IMG/VR virus record: IMGVR_UViG_3300042196_000043
Coordinates: 1-48,156 of that record
Direction: 5' to 3' (one strand)
Length of the DNA: 48,156 nucleotides
DNA from: a virus
Taxonomy: Duplodnaviria; Caudoviricetes
Numbering within the stretch: position 1 is the first letter of the stretch; each line of letters begins with the position of its first letter. Under the pieces are notes generated by a model. The model was not told the DNA's origin, did not search any database, and worked only from the letters and a program-made list of their open reading frames with translations. Of this stretch, positions 23,874-33,291 are shown piece after piece. The translations under genes and the position numbers were made by a program.

Positions 23874-26800
23874 TGGGATGAGCCTGGGCGGGCTTGCCAT
23901 CGGCACGTCATCCCAGGGCGATGGGTCATCGTCAATCGCATAAGGGCCGCGCTCAGCGCACTCCGATCCGTCCGCATTGCAGGCGATGTATGTCTGCGCC
24001 TCATCCCAGAAGACGCCCGTGCGCTCCACCCAGCTGGAAGGAGCGCGGATAGGCAGGCTGTTGGGCACCTCTATCCGGCCATTCCCGTTGCCGTGGATCA
24101 TGGTGTCATGCCAGGACGGGGGGATGTGATCATGGACGTAGAGGACTTCCTCGCTCGCGCTCGCAAACCAACACTCGTCATAGGTCGCGAAGTCCGCATT
24201 GCCCGTGCAGAACGCCAGCAGGGCCACGAGCTGCGCCTTAAGGTCGGCCTCGACGGTGTTGTCAGCAATCGGCCGCATGCTGTGGATGGTCAGCGCCCGT
24301 GGCGTGACGCCTGACTTGCCATCAAACACGATGAAGGTGTTGCCCTCGATAAGGTGCGTGAACAGCTCCGGGTTGGCCCTTGCCGCCTCGTAGCCGGCCG
24401 CGAAGTCCTGCGCCGCAACGGCGATCTCGGACCACCGCTGCTCGTTCAGGTATTCCTCGCTCTCGGGCGGGAACAACTCGCGGCTGCCGTCGGCCTGGCG
24501 CCGGCCCTTGTCGCAGTTGCCCCAGGCGTTGCGCCCGCGCAGGGTCAGCAGCGTGGCGACGTTCCCGGAGGTGCGGAACACGATGGTGTTGTTGCGGATG
24601 ATGCTATCGGTACAGGCGTAGTGATCCAGCGGGAAGAGGCCGATCACGTCATGGACGCCATCGCGCGAGAATGGCTGGCCGTCCAGCCCGACGTTGGAGA
24701 AGACGTTGCCCTCGATGCGGGAGCGGTTCGCAAGGTTCTTCAGCGCGTGCCCGGCATTTCCGGAGGCATGGAAGACGTTGCTGAGAGCGACCAACTGCCC
24801 GATGGAGCGCTCCAGGTACATGCCGTGCCAATCCAGGTTCGGCCCGAAGAAGTTGCCGCGCAGTTCCAGATAGGTTGTGGGCAGCGTAGGATCGGCGTCG
24901 CCCACCAACCCAGCGCCCCCGATGCGGTTGTCGTGCAGCACCATGAATGCCGGGCAGACTCGCGCGGACTGGAGACAGCCCCAGCCAACGTTGCTCTTCG
25001 ATCCGCCAACGAAGTCAACCCCGCGCACAATGCCGCCGGTGGCCGTCTTGGGAAAGCTCACGCTGAGATTGGTAGAAGGGCGCACGCCATTGGCCGGAAC
25101 GCCAACCACCTCCCCGCACTGAGTCTTGTCGAATACCAGGGCCGAGACGTAAGGCCCCGGCGCGTCCTCCCTCGGATGGAGGTGCACCCGCACATTGGGC
25201 GTTCCACCCGAGACGAGGCCCCGCATCTGTGCCGCCGAGCCGGCAAGGTCCGCATCGGTTCGGTAGTCCACCTCGGCCCAGGGACCTGGGCAGAGCGCGT
25301 CATAGTCCGGTGCCTCCGGCTGGCGCTCGATGGGCTCATTCCAGGCAGCAGGCGTCCAGGCAGCGGGCGCCACCACATGGCCGGCAAACACGGGCCAGTC
25401 GCCTGGCTGCGGCCCTGGGTCGGGCTCCGGGTCCGGTTCTGGATCGGGCGGCGGCAGGCCGGCCTCCTGCCAGTCTGAGAAGTCAGGCCGCCATGCGTCA
25501 ATCCCGCGGGCCCACGACCACGCGCCAAGGCAGACGCCGAGGTCATCGTTCCAGCGCCACTTGTTCAGCACCGTACTGGAGGACGTCGCGGGCTGGCCCA
25601 CCTGTCCGGTCACCGTGGAAAGCGCCGCGCCGTCCCACCGTAGCAGGGTCGCATTGCTGCCCCAGATCACCGGGTTAGCGCCGTTCACAGTCGGCACAAG
25701 GCAAATGCCCGCCCGGCCCACGTTGGCGCCGGCCAGCGTCGCGTCAACCACGCTCAAGGCCGGGTCCTCATCCCAGACCCCAGCCGTCTCGCGCAGGAGA
25801 ACGATACGAGTAAACTGCGGGTCAACCACCCAGACGCCCTGCCGACCCTCGTCCCAGGCCATGGAGGCTGTGTTGCTTACGTTGATCGGATTGGTGGTGC
25901 AATCGTATGTCCCAGCCGCCATGTCGGCTTCGCAGACCCTGCTACCGGAGAACATCAGCACGCCACGGCCGGGAACGCCCACAAGGTTGGCGTTGTAACC
26001 ACCATAGGTCTCGCCTCTACCGCCAGCCCCGGCTGGGTTCCATCGGTCCGGCTGGCGCTCGATGGTGTTGGCGGGATCGTTCACGTTGAAGCGCCACACC
26101 TGGGCGTCTCCGCTGCCGGAGCCGAAGATGGCGCCCACCATCAGGTAGATGTGATCCCCGATCCGAAGCATATTGTTGTACGTGTGGCTGGAGCGCGGAC
26201 GCAGGAACTGGCCGAAGGTTGCCGCCACATTCAGCCAGTCGTCCTTGTCGATCGTCGGGCCATTGGCCAAGCGATCCGCCTTGGACAGGTTGTCACAGTT
26301 CGGTCCCTGTCCCACGCAGGCAGGCCAGGGCGTATCGCTCACATAGGGCTCGTTCCAGCCATCCGTCGGATTACCTTGCTCGTCGTACCTGTAGGTCCGC
26401 AGCAGTGGCATGTTGAGTGCAAGGTGCGGGACAACCACTTCAGCCTGGGCGGTCTCCAGGTTATAGCGGATAATGCCGTTGAAGCAGCCGTCTCCATGCC
26501 CGCCACCCGCCCATAACCACACATCCCGGCCATCCCATACTGCGCCGTTCCATGCGCCGACAATGCTGTCCAGGCCCTTGCCGCAGTTGTCACGAATCCG
26601 CTGCAACTCGCCGCTGGTCTCCAGATCCGACCACGGCGCCCCATAGGCCAGCCAGGAGCCGGCCGGCATGTCGAGGATGGCCTGGAGATTCAGTCCGGGA
26701 TCGGGTTCTGGGTCAGGATCTGGCTCTGGATCTGGATCTGGATCTGGCTCTGGTTCCGGGTCAGGCTCAGGGTCCGGCTCGGGATCGGGATCTGGATCGG

Positions 26801-26954
26801 GTTCTGGCTCTTCCGCGTGCAGCAGTTCCAGAGCTTCAACGCGCGACTCCAGGTCAAGAAATTCCTGATTGGTCGGAACCTCGACAGCGTTGGCGTGCGA
26901 GACGAAGCCGATGCCGAGAACAGCCAGGAGGGCGAAGAGAAAGCGCATGGTCAT
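23865..26954 (-). CDS. 1029-aa signal-peptide protein: Pro-Asp/Glu linker, propeller-like domain, beta-helix-like domain
   Basis: MRFLFALLAVLGIGFVSHANA signal; (PE/PD)n; Kelch-like GGGH and SHTY motifs; xxNxF repeats. Confidence 0.7.
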   Translation of the reverse strand: MTMRFLFALLAVLGIGFVSHANAVEVPTNQEFLDLESRVEALELLHAEEPEPDPDPDPEPDPEPDPEPEPDPDPDPEPDPDPEPDPGLNLQAILDMPAGSWLAYGAPWSDLETSGELQRIRDNCGKGLDSIVGAWNGAVWDGRDVWLWAGGGHGDGCFNGIIRYNLETAQAEVVVPHLALNMPLLRTYRYDEQGNPTDGWNEPYVSDTPWPACVGQGPNCDNLSKADRLANGPTIDKDDWLNVAATFGQFLRPRSSHTYNNMLRIGDHIYLMVGAIFGSGSGDAQVWRFNVNDPANTIERQPDRWNPAGAGGRGETYGGYNANLVGVPGRGVLMFSGSRVCEADMAAGTYDCTTNPINVSNTASMAWDEGRQGVWVVDPQFTRIVLLRETAGVWDEDPALSVVDATLAGANVGRAGICLVPTVNGANPVIWGSNATLLRWDGAALSTVTGQVGQPATSSSTVLNKWRWNDDLGVCLGAWSWARGIDAWRPDFSDWQEAGLPPPDPEPDPEPDPGPQPGDWPVFAGHVVAPAAWTPAAWNEPIERQPEAPDYDALCPGPWAEVDYRTDADLAGSAAQMRGLVSGGTPNVRVHLHPREDAPGPYVSALVFDKTQCGEVVGVPANGVRPSTNLSVSFPKTATGGIVRGVDFVGGSKSNVGWGCLQSARVCPAFMVLHDNRIGGAGLVGDADPTLPTTYLELRGNFFGPNLDWHGMYLERSIGQLVALSNVFHASGNAGHALKNLANRSRIEGNVFSNVGLDGQPFSRDGVHDVIGLFPLDHYACTDSIIRNNTIVFRTSGNVATLLTLRGRNAWGNCDKGRRQADGSRELFPPESEEYLNEQRWSEIAVAAQDFAAGYEAARANPELFTHLIEGNTFIVFDGKSGVTPRALTIHSMRPIADNTVEADLKAQLVALLAFCTGNADFATYDECWFASASEEVLYVHDHIPPSWHDTMIHGNGNGRIEVPNSLPIRAPSSWVERTGVFWDEAQTYIACNADGSECAERGPYAIDDDPSPWDDVPMASPPRLIPLQ
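26695..26810 (-). repeat. Degenerate hexamer repeat encoding a PEPDPD linker (a second, shorter copy lies at about 25410-25455)
   Basis: GGATCT/GGCTCT/GGGTCA-type tandem hexamers. Confidence 0.9.
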
Positions 26955-27487
26955 GCCTCCGCCGCTTTGAGCAACCGCTCTCGGCGGGCCTCGTACTCGA
27001 CAATGAGAGCGTCGGCCCTGGCATGGGACTCTACGGCCCCGGCCTCTTGGCGCTTCGCTGCAACTTCCTGTTTTACCAGTTCCGCCGCGCGCCGCTTCAA
27101 TTCGTCTTCGCGCATGTTCAGCCCCTCGTCACGGACCTTGCAGGTTACCTCGAATGCCGCGCGCTCGGTTGCCAGCGCAGCCTCATCCACAACAAGGGCG
27201 GCCCGCAAGGCAACAACCGCGTCACTCTCGTCGCTCAGCTTCTCCGCCTTGGACTGCAGGCGCTTGTTGACCTCGATATTCATCTGGATAGCCGCGGCGG
27301 TGACAGCCTCAGCCTCCTTCATCAGGTCGCGAGCCCTGTGCTGTGCCTCCTCAGCCGCCTCTCGGCGCTCGGAAAACGTCTTCAGCGCCTCGGCAAGATT
27401 TTCCTTGCTGTCGAGTACCCGCAGGATCACGCCAAGCAAACCCTCGGCCTGTGCAGCGCGGCTCCCGTAGAGGACCGTGTTCGCCAT
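26951..27487 (-). CDS. Coiled-coil protein
   Basis: A/E/R-rich helical composition. Confidence 0.65.
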   Translation of the reverse strand: MANTVLYGSRAAQAEGLLGVILRVLDSKENLAEALKTFSERREAAEEAQHRARDLMKEAEAVTAAAIQMNIEVNKRLQSKAEKLSDESDAVVALRAALVVDEAALATERAAFEVTCKVRDEGLNMREDELKRRAAELVKQEVAAKRQEAGAVESHARADALIVEYEARRERLLKAAEA

Positions 27488-27499
27488 CGTATCGGGCTC

Positions 27500-27778
27500 C
27501 TATTCGACAATAAACGACATGACCCAATCTTCATTGGCGGCCACGTCACGAGATTCGACCACCTCAGCCGGGCGGTACTGGGATGCGCGCGTGGCCTCTG
27601 CTTTCACGCCCAAACGCCAGCGGTGTGAAACGTTTCCGCTAACGCGAACGGAAGAGGTGCGGCTGTGAAACTTCTCAGAAACGCCATAGCCAAGCGACAG
27701 GTCCACTTGCTGCTCACGGATAAGAAACCGCTGCCGGTCTTTGGCTTCCGCATACTCGCCGATTGTCACGAAATCCAT
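27500..27778 (-). CDS. Hypothetical protein
   Basis: Fills a gap in the late operon. Confidence 0.5.
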   Translation of the reverse strand: MDFVTIGEYAEAKDRQRFLIREQQVDLSLGYGVSEKFHSRTSSVRVSGNVSHRWRLGVKAEATRASQYRPAEVVESRDVAANEDWVMSFIVE

Positions 27779-27787
27779 AGTCTGTCC

Positions 27788-28111
27788 CTATGCCTCGTCA
27801 ATGACGCTGATCTTGCCCGCAACAGTAATCTCGATTTCCCGCGCAATATCTGGCTGGAGGAGAAAGCCGCTTGTCGTCGTGGCTGTGCCGCCGCCGAGGA
27901 CAACGCGGCCCATCTCGTCATTGACGATATGCAGGACGAAGCCAACGGGGAACGTGATCTCATCCCCGCTACCCGCTGCCCCATCGGTGAGATTGCCCGC
28001 CGTTGTGCTGGTCGTGGTGTTACCGGATTTGTAGAACTCGCCGATGACCGTGCCCGCAGCGCTGCCGCGATTGCGGCCGTAAGCTGCAGCGTCCCAACGT
28101 ACTGTGCCCAT
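27788..28111 (-). CDS. Small beta-rich structural protein
   Basis: AAGGAG RBS; T/G-rich. Confidence 0.6.
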   Translation of the reverse strand: MGTVRWDAAAYGRNRGSAAGTVIGEFYKSGNTTTSTTAGNLTDGAAGSGDEITFPVGFVLHIVNDEMGRVVLGGGTATTTSGFLLQPDIAREIEITVAGKISVIDEA

Positions 28112-28125
28112 GAGTGCTCCTTCGG

Positions 28126-28153
28126 AAAAGAGGCGGAGCCGAAGCCCCGCCCC
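28126..28153 (-). terminator. Intrinsic terminator
   Basis: - strand GGGGCGGGGC-TTCG-GCTCCGCCTC-TTTT. Confidence 0.7.
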
Positions 28154-28160
28154 ATCGCCG

Positions 28161-29171
28161 TTACTGGGTGGTCAGGATGCCGCCGGCCGCAGCCACAGCC
28201 GCAGCAACAGAATTGTTCCAGATGATGTTTCGATCACCCGAATCCCATTCCGCCGCCCCGCCGTCAGTGCCCGCAAAGGTGTTCCACAGGATGATGGCGC
28301 CCTGGCTGATGGCAGGGATCGAGAACACGGTGGTTTGCGCCGTGGCTGCGTTGTCCGACTTCGCGAAGAACATGCAGTCCTTGAACACGATGGTTCGGTC
28401 AATGCCCGTCGCGTCCTCCACCGTCACCGTCTGGTTGTCGGCCGACAGGTAGGTGGTGAACAGGCAACCCTCAAACCACATACGAGAGGCGCCGCCATCA
28501 AACCACAGCTCACCCTTGGAATCACCGTCTCGGGCGATGGTGTCGAGGCCGATGATGCAGTCTTTCCAGACGTTCTCGGTGCCGCCGTTGACCTTCAGCG
28601 AGGTGGCGCCCGCCACCCCGGCCAGAGCCGTGGTGCCCATGCCGGCAAAGTGAATGTTCTCAAAGTAGTTGTGATTGCCCGTGACCTCGCAGGCCACAAG
28701 GTTACCGTCGTCGTTGCCGCAGAAGATCTGGAAATTGGCGAAGACACAGCCGGAGCCGGAAATCGTGATCATCGGCGTTACGTCGGTGCCGGTGTTGTTG
28801 AACCGGCAGCGCTGGCCGTACTTGTTGCGCGACGTGCCGATCAGGTGGACTAAATCCTTGTTCCAATCCTGCTCGGTTGTGATGTCCTCGGTCGTCTCGG
28901 ACGCACTGTCGCCGCTCGCGAGCATGACAATCGTGTCATTCTTGTTGGCGCGGCACTTGCTGAAAGCGCCGTTGGTCCCGAACACAGTCCTGAGGGCGCG
29001 CTTCGGGCTCAGGCCGTCGTTGCCGTCAGAGGCACCATTCGCCTCGGTTCGGTACGGGGCGACGAAGAACACCTTCGAGTCCACGCCGAAGGGAAGGTTT
29101 CCGGGAAGAACAGGCACCCCAAAGCTCGTGATGCCACTGCGGCCGAAGCCGGTAAGACGATTACTGCCCAT
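28161..29171 (-). CDS. Pectin-lyase-like beta-helix protein (capsid-decoration candidate)
   Basis: ASDGNDGLSP..A.RT motif and repeated F.N/F.DC.F turns; directly after the capsid gene. Confidence 0.65.
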   Translation of the reverse strand: MGSNRLTGFGRSGITSFGVPVLPGNLPFGVDSKVFFVAPYRTEANGASDGNDGLSPKRALRTVFGTNGAFSKCRANKNDTIVMLASGDSASETTEDITTEQDWNKDLVHLIGTSRNKYGQRCRFNNTGTDVTPMITISGSGCVFANFQIFCGNDDGNLVACEVTGNHNYFENIHFAGMGTTALAGVAGATSLKVNGGTENVWKDCIIGLDTIARDGDSKGELWFDGGASRMWFEGCLFTTYLSADNQTVTVEDATGIDRTIVFKDCMFFAKSDNAATAQTTVFSIPAISQGAIILWNTFAGTDGGAAEWDSGDRNIIWNNSVAAAVAAAGGILTTQ

Positions 29172-29234
29172 TAGTCAGACTCCTTGAGAAATGCGCCGCA
29201 GCCGGAGCAGCCAGGGTGGGTAGCCCCACAGCGC

Positions 29235-29267
29235 AGAGAAGAAGGGGCGAGCCCGGAAGCCCGCCCC
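29235..29267 (-). terminator. Intrinsic terminator after the capsid gene
   Basis: - strand GGGGCGGGC-TTCC-GGGCTCGCCCC-TTCTTCT. Confidence 0.65.
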
Positions 29268-29283
29268 ACATTACCGGCCGCTA

Positions 29284-30192
29284 TCAGGCGCCCGGAGAAC
29301 CGAACAGACCACGCCAGTCCGTATTGCCGAAGCTGCAACGGAAGTAGACCGCAGCCTTGGCATTCTTCGTGTCGAAGTCGTTGTCCTGGTCGAAGGTCGC
29401 CGCCTCGCGCTCGAAGTAGATCATTCCGCGAGGGGCGTTGGTGCGGAGGAACCACGCATCGGCATCCGTGAAGTAGTGGTTCATCTTGACGCCACCCGGC
29501 AGAGCGTTGGTGGCCTTCAGCACGTTGATCGCGTTGTTGGCCGTGTCGTACTGCAGGGTGGACTTCAGGATGCGGTTTGCCTCAAACCAGTTCTGACGGG
29601 CCACAAGGAGAGTCTTCGGCATGAGGCTGATCTTCAGGCCGCGGTCGTTGGTCGCGCCCATGATGTCTACGATCAAATCCTCAAGCGAGGCCTCGGACAG
29701 GTCCGCAGCCACGGCCAGTTCGTTGGACTGGTCACCGTTTAGCGTCGGATGGTCAGTCGCCAGCAGTTCCTTGCCGTCGCCGAAGGTGAAGCCGCTGTTG
29801 AACGCCCTGTTGTAGACGTTCGCCGCAACGGTCTCCTTCGTCTGGCGTGCGGAGAACGCCAGCGCACCAGCGCGTCGCTTGGATACAACCTCATAGAGAT
29901 TGTCCTTCAGCTCCTCGTAGGTGACGATATAGCCTCCAGCGTAGGCCACGTGCGTGTAGCGCGTGGTATAGCCCTGGGTCTCGCTGTCAAACGAGATAGC
30001 GCCGCCTTCCGACTTCTGAGCCACGAGCCCGAAGCCGGTAACCTGCACGTCCTCCTCGTATGACTTCTCAGACGAGTCGCTCTCGAACAGGTCAGGATAT
30101 TCGAGCGGATGCTCGTTATACGACCGCCCCCACCAGGCCTTGACGCCGGGCCAGAGAGCCTTGGGGTGATTGCCCGTTGTGATGATAGCCAT
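29284..30192 (-). CDS. Major capsid protein
   Basis: K.L.PG, SEK.YEE...GFG...KSEG..I.FD, DGK.L..TDHP and D.DFDT.N...WRG..GSPGA motifs; 302 aa. Confidence 0.85.
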   Translation of the reverse strand: MAIITTGNHPKALWPGVKAWWGRSYNEHPLEYPDLFESDSSEKSYEEDVQVTGFGLVAQKSEGGAISFDSETQGYTTRYTHVAYAGGYIVTYEELKDNLYEVVSKRRAGALAFSARQTKETVAANVYNRAFNSGFTFGDGKELLATDHPTLNGDQSNELAVAADLSEASLEDLIVDIMGATNDRGLKISLMPKTLLVARQNWFEANRILKSTLQYDTANNAINVLKATNALPGGVKMNHYFTDADAWFLRTNAPRGMIYFEREAATFDQDNDFDTKNAKAAVYFRCSFGNTDWRGLFGSPGA

Positions 30193-30206
30193 TGTTCAGC
30201 CCTCCG

Positions 30207-30848
30207 TTAGATGCCCAGAGCCCCGTCACCGTCGCCGGTAGACAGGTCGCTGTGCATGTTGATGACGACGAGGGCCTTCTGATTGGCAGACTCGGTGTCG
30301 TTGTCCTCGCGATTCACCATGCCGACGATGCGCAGCATGAGGCTGGCATTGGCGACAGGCGTGGTGGATGTGCCGGTGTCAAGTTCCTCACCCGAAAGCC
30401 CGGTCACGGTAGAGCCGGCATGGGTTCGGATGAAGGTGGCATTGAGACCGATCAGCGACTCCGTCAGGTCGCCATCGGCCTGGATCTCATAGACGACAGT
30501 CGGATCAGTGCAGACCAGAGCAATGCGCTCATTCGAGGTGGGATTGTGCCGCTGGTCCAGGTTGGACGGATTGACCGCGAAGGCAACGATCACACCAGAT
30601 GCATAGGTGCCGTCCGTGACCACCGCCAGCTCAATATTCGGAAGCGTGCCCGGCGGAAAAGAGCCCACGCCCGGCGCCGATTCCCTAGCGGTGTTGGAAC
30701 CGTCCGCGACCTTAACAATCAGATCGCCGACAAACATTGCGCCGTTAGCGTCAGCGTCAATGTACATCGGCGTAACAGCCCCATTATAGGGCGTGCCATT
30801 GAGGTGCCGAACGGGTCGAAACCCGAACCGCGAGTCCACGTTCGCCAT
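30207..30848 (-). CDS. Capsid cement/decoration protein
   Basis: MAN.DS.FGFRPV, DP.VVYEIQ and TGLSG motifs; precedes the capsid gene. Confidence 0.7.
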   Translation of the reverse strand: MANVDSRFGFRPVRHLNGTPYNGAVTPMYIDADANGAMFVGDLIVKVADGSNTARESAPGVGSFPPGTLPNIELAVVTDGTYASGVIVAFAVNPSNLDQRHNPTSNERIALVCTDPTVVYEIQADGDLTESLIGLNATFIRTHAGSTVTGLSGEELDTGTSTTPVANASLMLRIVGMVNREDNDTESANQKALVVINMHSDLSTGDGDGALGI

Positions 30849-30898
30849 AGTTACAGTCCTTAGATTTGGGTTGGTCGAGCGGGACTCGGATAGCGCGA

Positions 30899-31378
30899 TC
30901 AGTCGCGCTTGTAGGTGATGCCCTGCGAGGGGGTATACCGGCCGTCCTGGCCAACTTGTCCCGCGATGTTTCCGCGCCGGATGGCCTCATCGACCTGATC
31001 CAGCTCCTTGTTCTTCTCGGCCTGGTCCTCGTCGTACCACTCCTGCTTTTGCTCCATCAGGAAGGCATACATAGGCTGGCCATTCTCGTGCACGCCGACA
31101 CGGCGGCTGACGCGGCTTCCCTCGCCGTCCGTGTGGACACCCTCGTCCTCCACGAACGCATAGCCCGCGCGCTCGAAGTTCTGCGGGCGGCCACCCTCAT
31201 CGTTCACCCAGCGACGGGTGAACCCTTTCCTCTCGGGGGCATGCAGCTTCTGGCGCATGGCGCTGAGCGGAACCCGCTCACGACGCTTCGGTGGGCGGCC
31301 CGGACCGCGCTTCTCCTGGGTAGCGGCATCCGCCGCCTCTCTCTCTTCGCGCGTCGGTCGCTTGCTCATGTCGGTCAT
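30899..31378 (-). CDS. Head-region hypothetical protein
   Basis: GF.RRWVND..GR....ERAGY.FV...AFLME...WY.ED. Confidence 0.65.
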   Translation of the reverse strand: MTDMSKRPTREEREAADAATQEKRGPGRPPKRRERVPLSAMRQKLHAPERKGFTRRWVNDEGGRPQNFERAGYAFVEDEGVHTDGEGSRVSRRVGVHENGQPMYAFLMEQKQEWYDEDQAEKNKELDQVDEAIRRGNIAGQVGQDGRYTPSQGITYKRD

Positions 31379-31382
31379 GTCT

Positions 31383-32210
31383 CTAGCTCCAGTCATATTC
31401 TTTGACGTAATCCTCACGCTTCATCAGCCCTTGTTTGACAAAGCGATCACAGGCCTGCTTGGCCTCGGGAGGAAGATCGGTGTAGCCCTTGCCGCCACTC
31501 CTGCGCCCGGCTGGATTGCCCTCGACAGGCGAGGGCTTGGCGCGGTTGGGGTTGGTGAACTTCTCCGGGAAGGCACGCTTCACGAACTTCGTGACCGCCT
31601 CCAGATTGTCCTCCAGCGACATGTCCGGCTTAGTGCGCAGCAGCAGCTCATGATGCGTGGTCGCGGCCGTGGCCATTTCCTCGCTCTGCGAGAACCACTG
31701 GTTCTGGTCGCGCCATGACATCGCCGCTGGGTCGATATCGGGCTGCCTCTGCTGGGGCTTCCCAACGTTCTGCGCGGCCTCGCGCACCACAGCCTGCTTC
31801 TGCTGTTCCAGTTGGTCGTACTGCGCCAGGTTGCCGGCCTCGGCAGCCTCGCGCTGTGCGGCCTGGATATCGCGGATGGCCTTCTGGTACATCCGGGCTT
31901 CGGTCTTGGTGTGGTGCTCGCCGAACTCTTTCAGCGTCTTCTTGATCTCGGCGTTTTCCGCCTCGAACTTGCGTAACTGCGCCTTCAGGATGGGCATCAC
32001 CTCTTCGCCGCGCTTGACGAAGACGTCCGCATCTACCCAGCGCTCATCGGGGCCGCGCCACTCGTCCTTGGGAGACCAGCCCATGGCTCTGGCGCGGGAT
32101 TCCGTCTCCGGGTCGGGAGCGGTCTCGACGGCCGTCTCAGTTCCGGCTTCGGCCTCGGTATCGGCCGCCGCCTCTGCTTCGGCCTCTACGGCCTTGGCTT
32201 CCTCGGTCAT
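31383..32210 (-). CDS. Scaffolding protein
   Basis: Acidic N-terminus, ARAMGW.PK.EWRG motif, coiled coil, Y.DLP.EAK C-terminus. Confidence 0.75.
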   Translation of the reverse strand: MTEEAKAVEAEAEAAADTEAEAGTETAVETAPDPETESRARAMGWSPKDEWRGPDERWVDADVFVKRGEEVMPILKAQLRKFEAENAEIKKTLKEFGEHHTKTEARMYQKAIRDIQAAQREAAEAGNLAQYDQLEQQKQAVVREAAQNVGKPQQRQPDIDPAAMSWRDQNQWFSQSEEMATAATTHHELLLRTKPDMSLEDNLEAVTKFVKRAFPEKFTNPNRAKPSPVEGNPAGRRSGGKGYTDLPPEAKQACDRFVKQGLMKREDYVKEYDWS

Positions 32211-32232
32211 GTTTTCTCTCTTTTGCTCATGG

Positions 32233-32253
32233 AAAAGCCGCCCGGAGGCGGCT
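32233..32253 (-). terminator. Intrinsic terminator
   Basis: - strand AGCCGCC-TCCG-GGCGGCT-TTT. Confidence 0.65.
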
Positions 32254-32293
32254 GGGATTGCGCTTCCTAGGGGCGCGATGTACTATTCAAGCC

Positions 32294-32476
32294 ATGTCAG
32301 ACAACACTTGGCACGTCTGGAAGGCCACGCACCGGGAAACCGGCGATTCCTATGCGTTCTCGACCGCCTCAGAGGTCAGCCCGAACGTAGATGGCTATGA
32401 ATACAAATACTTAGGTGCATCGCCGGTCAAGATTACCGACCATAGAATAGCCGAGAAGCCGGCGGGCAACGCCTAA
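32294..32476 (+). CDS. Small protein, leaderless antisense moron
   Basis: TTGCGC-N17-TACTAT promoter (32258-32286) with the ATG 7 nt downstream. Confidence 0.6.
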   Translation: MSDNTWHVWKATHRETGDSYAFSTASEVSPNVDGYEYKYLGASPVKITDHRIAEKPAGNA

Positions 32477-32649
32477 ACCGGCCTCCCCTGCTTAAAGGCG
32501 GGCTTCACAATAGGCCTCAGGAAGCGCCAGAAGGGCACCGGGACGCGCTGAACAGCAAGCGTCACCTCCACACCCTCACCCGCCAGCTTGGCCGTCTCGG
32601 CGTTTAGCTGCTCGACTAGAGCGGCTATGCGCGGGATGCTGTCAGTCAT
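32473..32649 (-). CDS. Hypothetical protein
   Basis: Operon overlap. Confidence 0.5.
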   Translation of the reverse strand: MTDSIPRIAALVEQLNAETAKLAGEGVEVTLAVQRVPVPFWRFLRPIVKPAFKQGRPV

Positions 32650-32869
32650 TGCCCTCTTTCGCCTCGTAGAAGTAGTTCGCCTCCAGATCGGCCAGATATG
32701 CTGCGTGGTCAACGGTCTCCTCGTTTAAGATGCTGGCGGCCTTGGCCAAGTCGAAGAGGCCGTCAAGCCCGGCCGTCTTTCCGTCGTCATCCAGGCCGCA
32801 AGCGCAAACGTCAATCCGAGACTCGGCCAGCGCGGCAAGCAGGCTCTCGGCCGTGATGCCGCCACTCAT
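32642..32869 (-). CDS. Hypothetical protein
   Basis: ATGA overlap with the GroES stop. Confidence 0.55.
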   Translation of the reverse strand: MSGGITAESLLAALAESRIDVCACGLDDDGKTAGLDGLFDLAKAASILNEETVDHAAYLADLEANYFYEAKEGND

Positions 32870-33291
32870 CCCAGCACCGCGCAGATATCGGAATCGTTGC
32901 ACAGGCGGTACTCTTCGCCGTCGTCGCCCTTGGTCACGATGCCGGCATACTTGGCGATGAGGACGCGCTGGCCGGGGCTGGGCTTGGAGCCCTTCACCTC
33001 GCAAAAGGCATTCTCGCCCACAGCTACCAGCGTAGCGCGGCACTCCGCCATCCCGCGCCGCTCTCGTTCCTGGTCCGGAATGAAAATGCTGCCAATCTTG
33101 TCCGCTACGGCGTCCGGCTTCACCAGAACGCGCAGGTCAAGCGGATTGATCCCGCTCGGGTTCTTCATCGTCGCCGGACCGCCGGTCACTGCCCATTTAG
33201 ACTCGGGCGCGAGTCCCATATCTTTCTTGATCTTGCCCACCGCCTCATCCATCTCATTCCGGGTGATCGGGACCACCATCTTCGTCTTCAT
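32866..33291 (-). CDS. groES: GroES-like co-chaperonin
   Basis: INPLDLRVLVKP...SIFIP...LVAVG...GQRVL.AKYAG...GEEYRL.NDSDI.AV. Confidence 0.85.
   Translation of the reverse strand: MKTKMVVPITRNEMDEAVGKIKKDMGLAPESKWAVTGGPATMKNPSGINPLDLRVLVKPDAVADKIGSIFIPDQERERRGMAECRATLVAVGENAFCEVKGSKPSPGQRVLIAKYAGIVTKGDDGEEYRLCNDSDICAVLG

Noticed and set aside
26668-26868. (GS)n protein on the + strand, or a CRISPR-like repeat
   Set aside because: It is the reverse reading of the Pro-Asp/Glu linker and has no spacers
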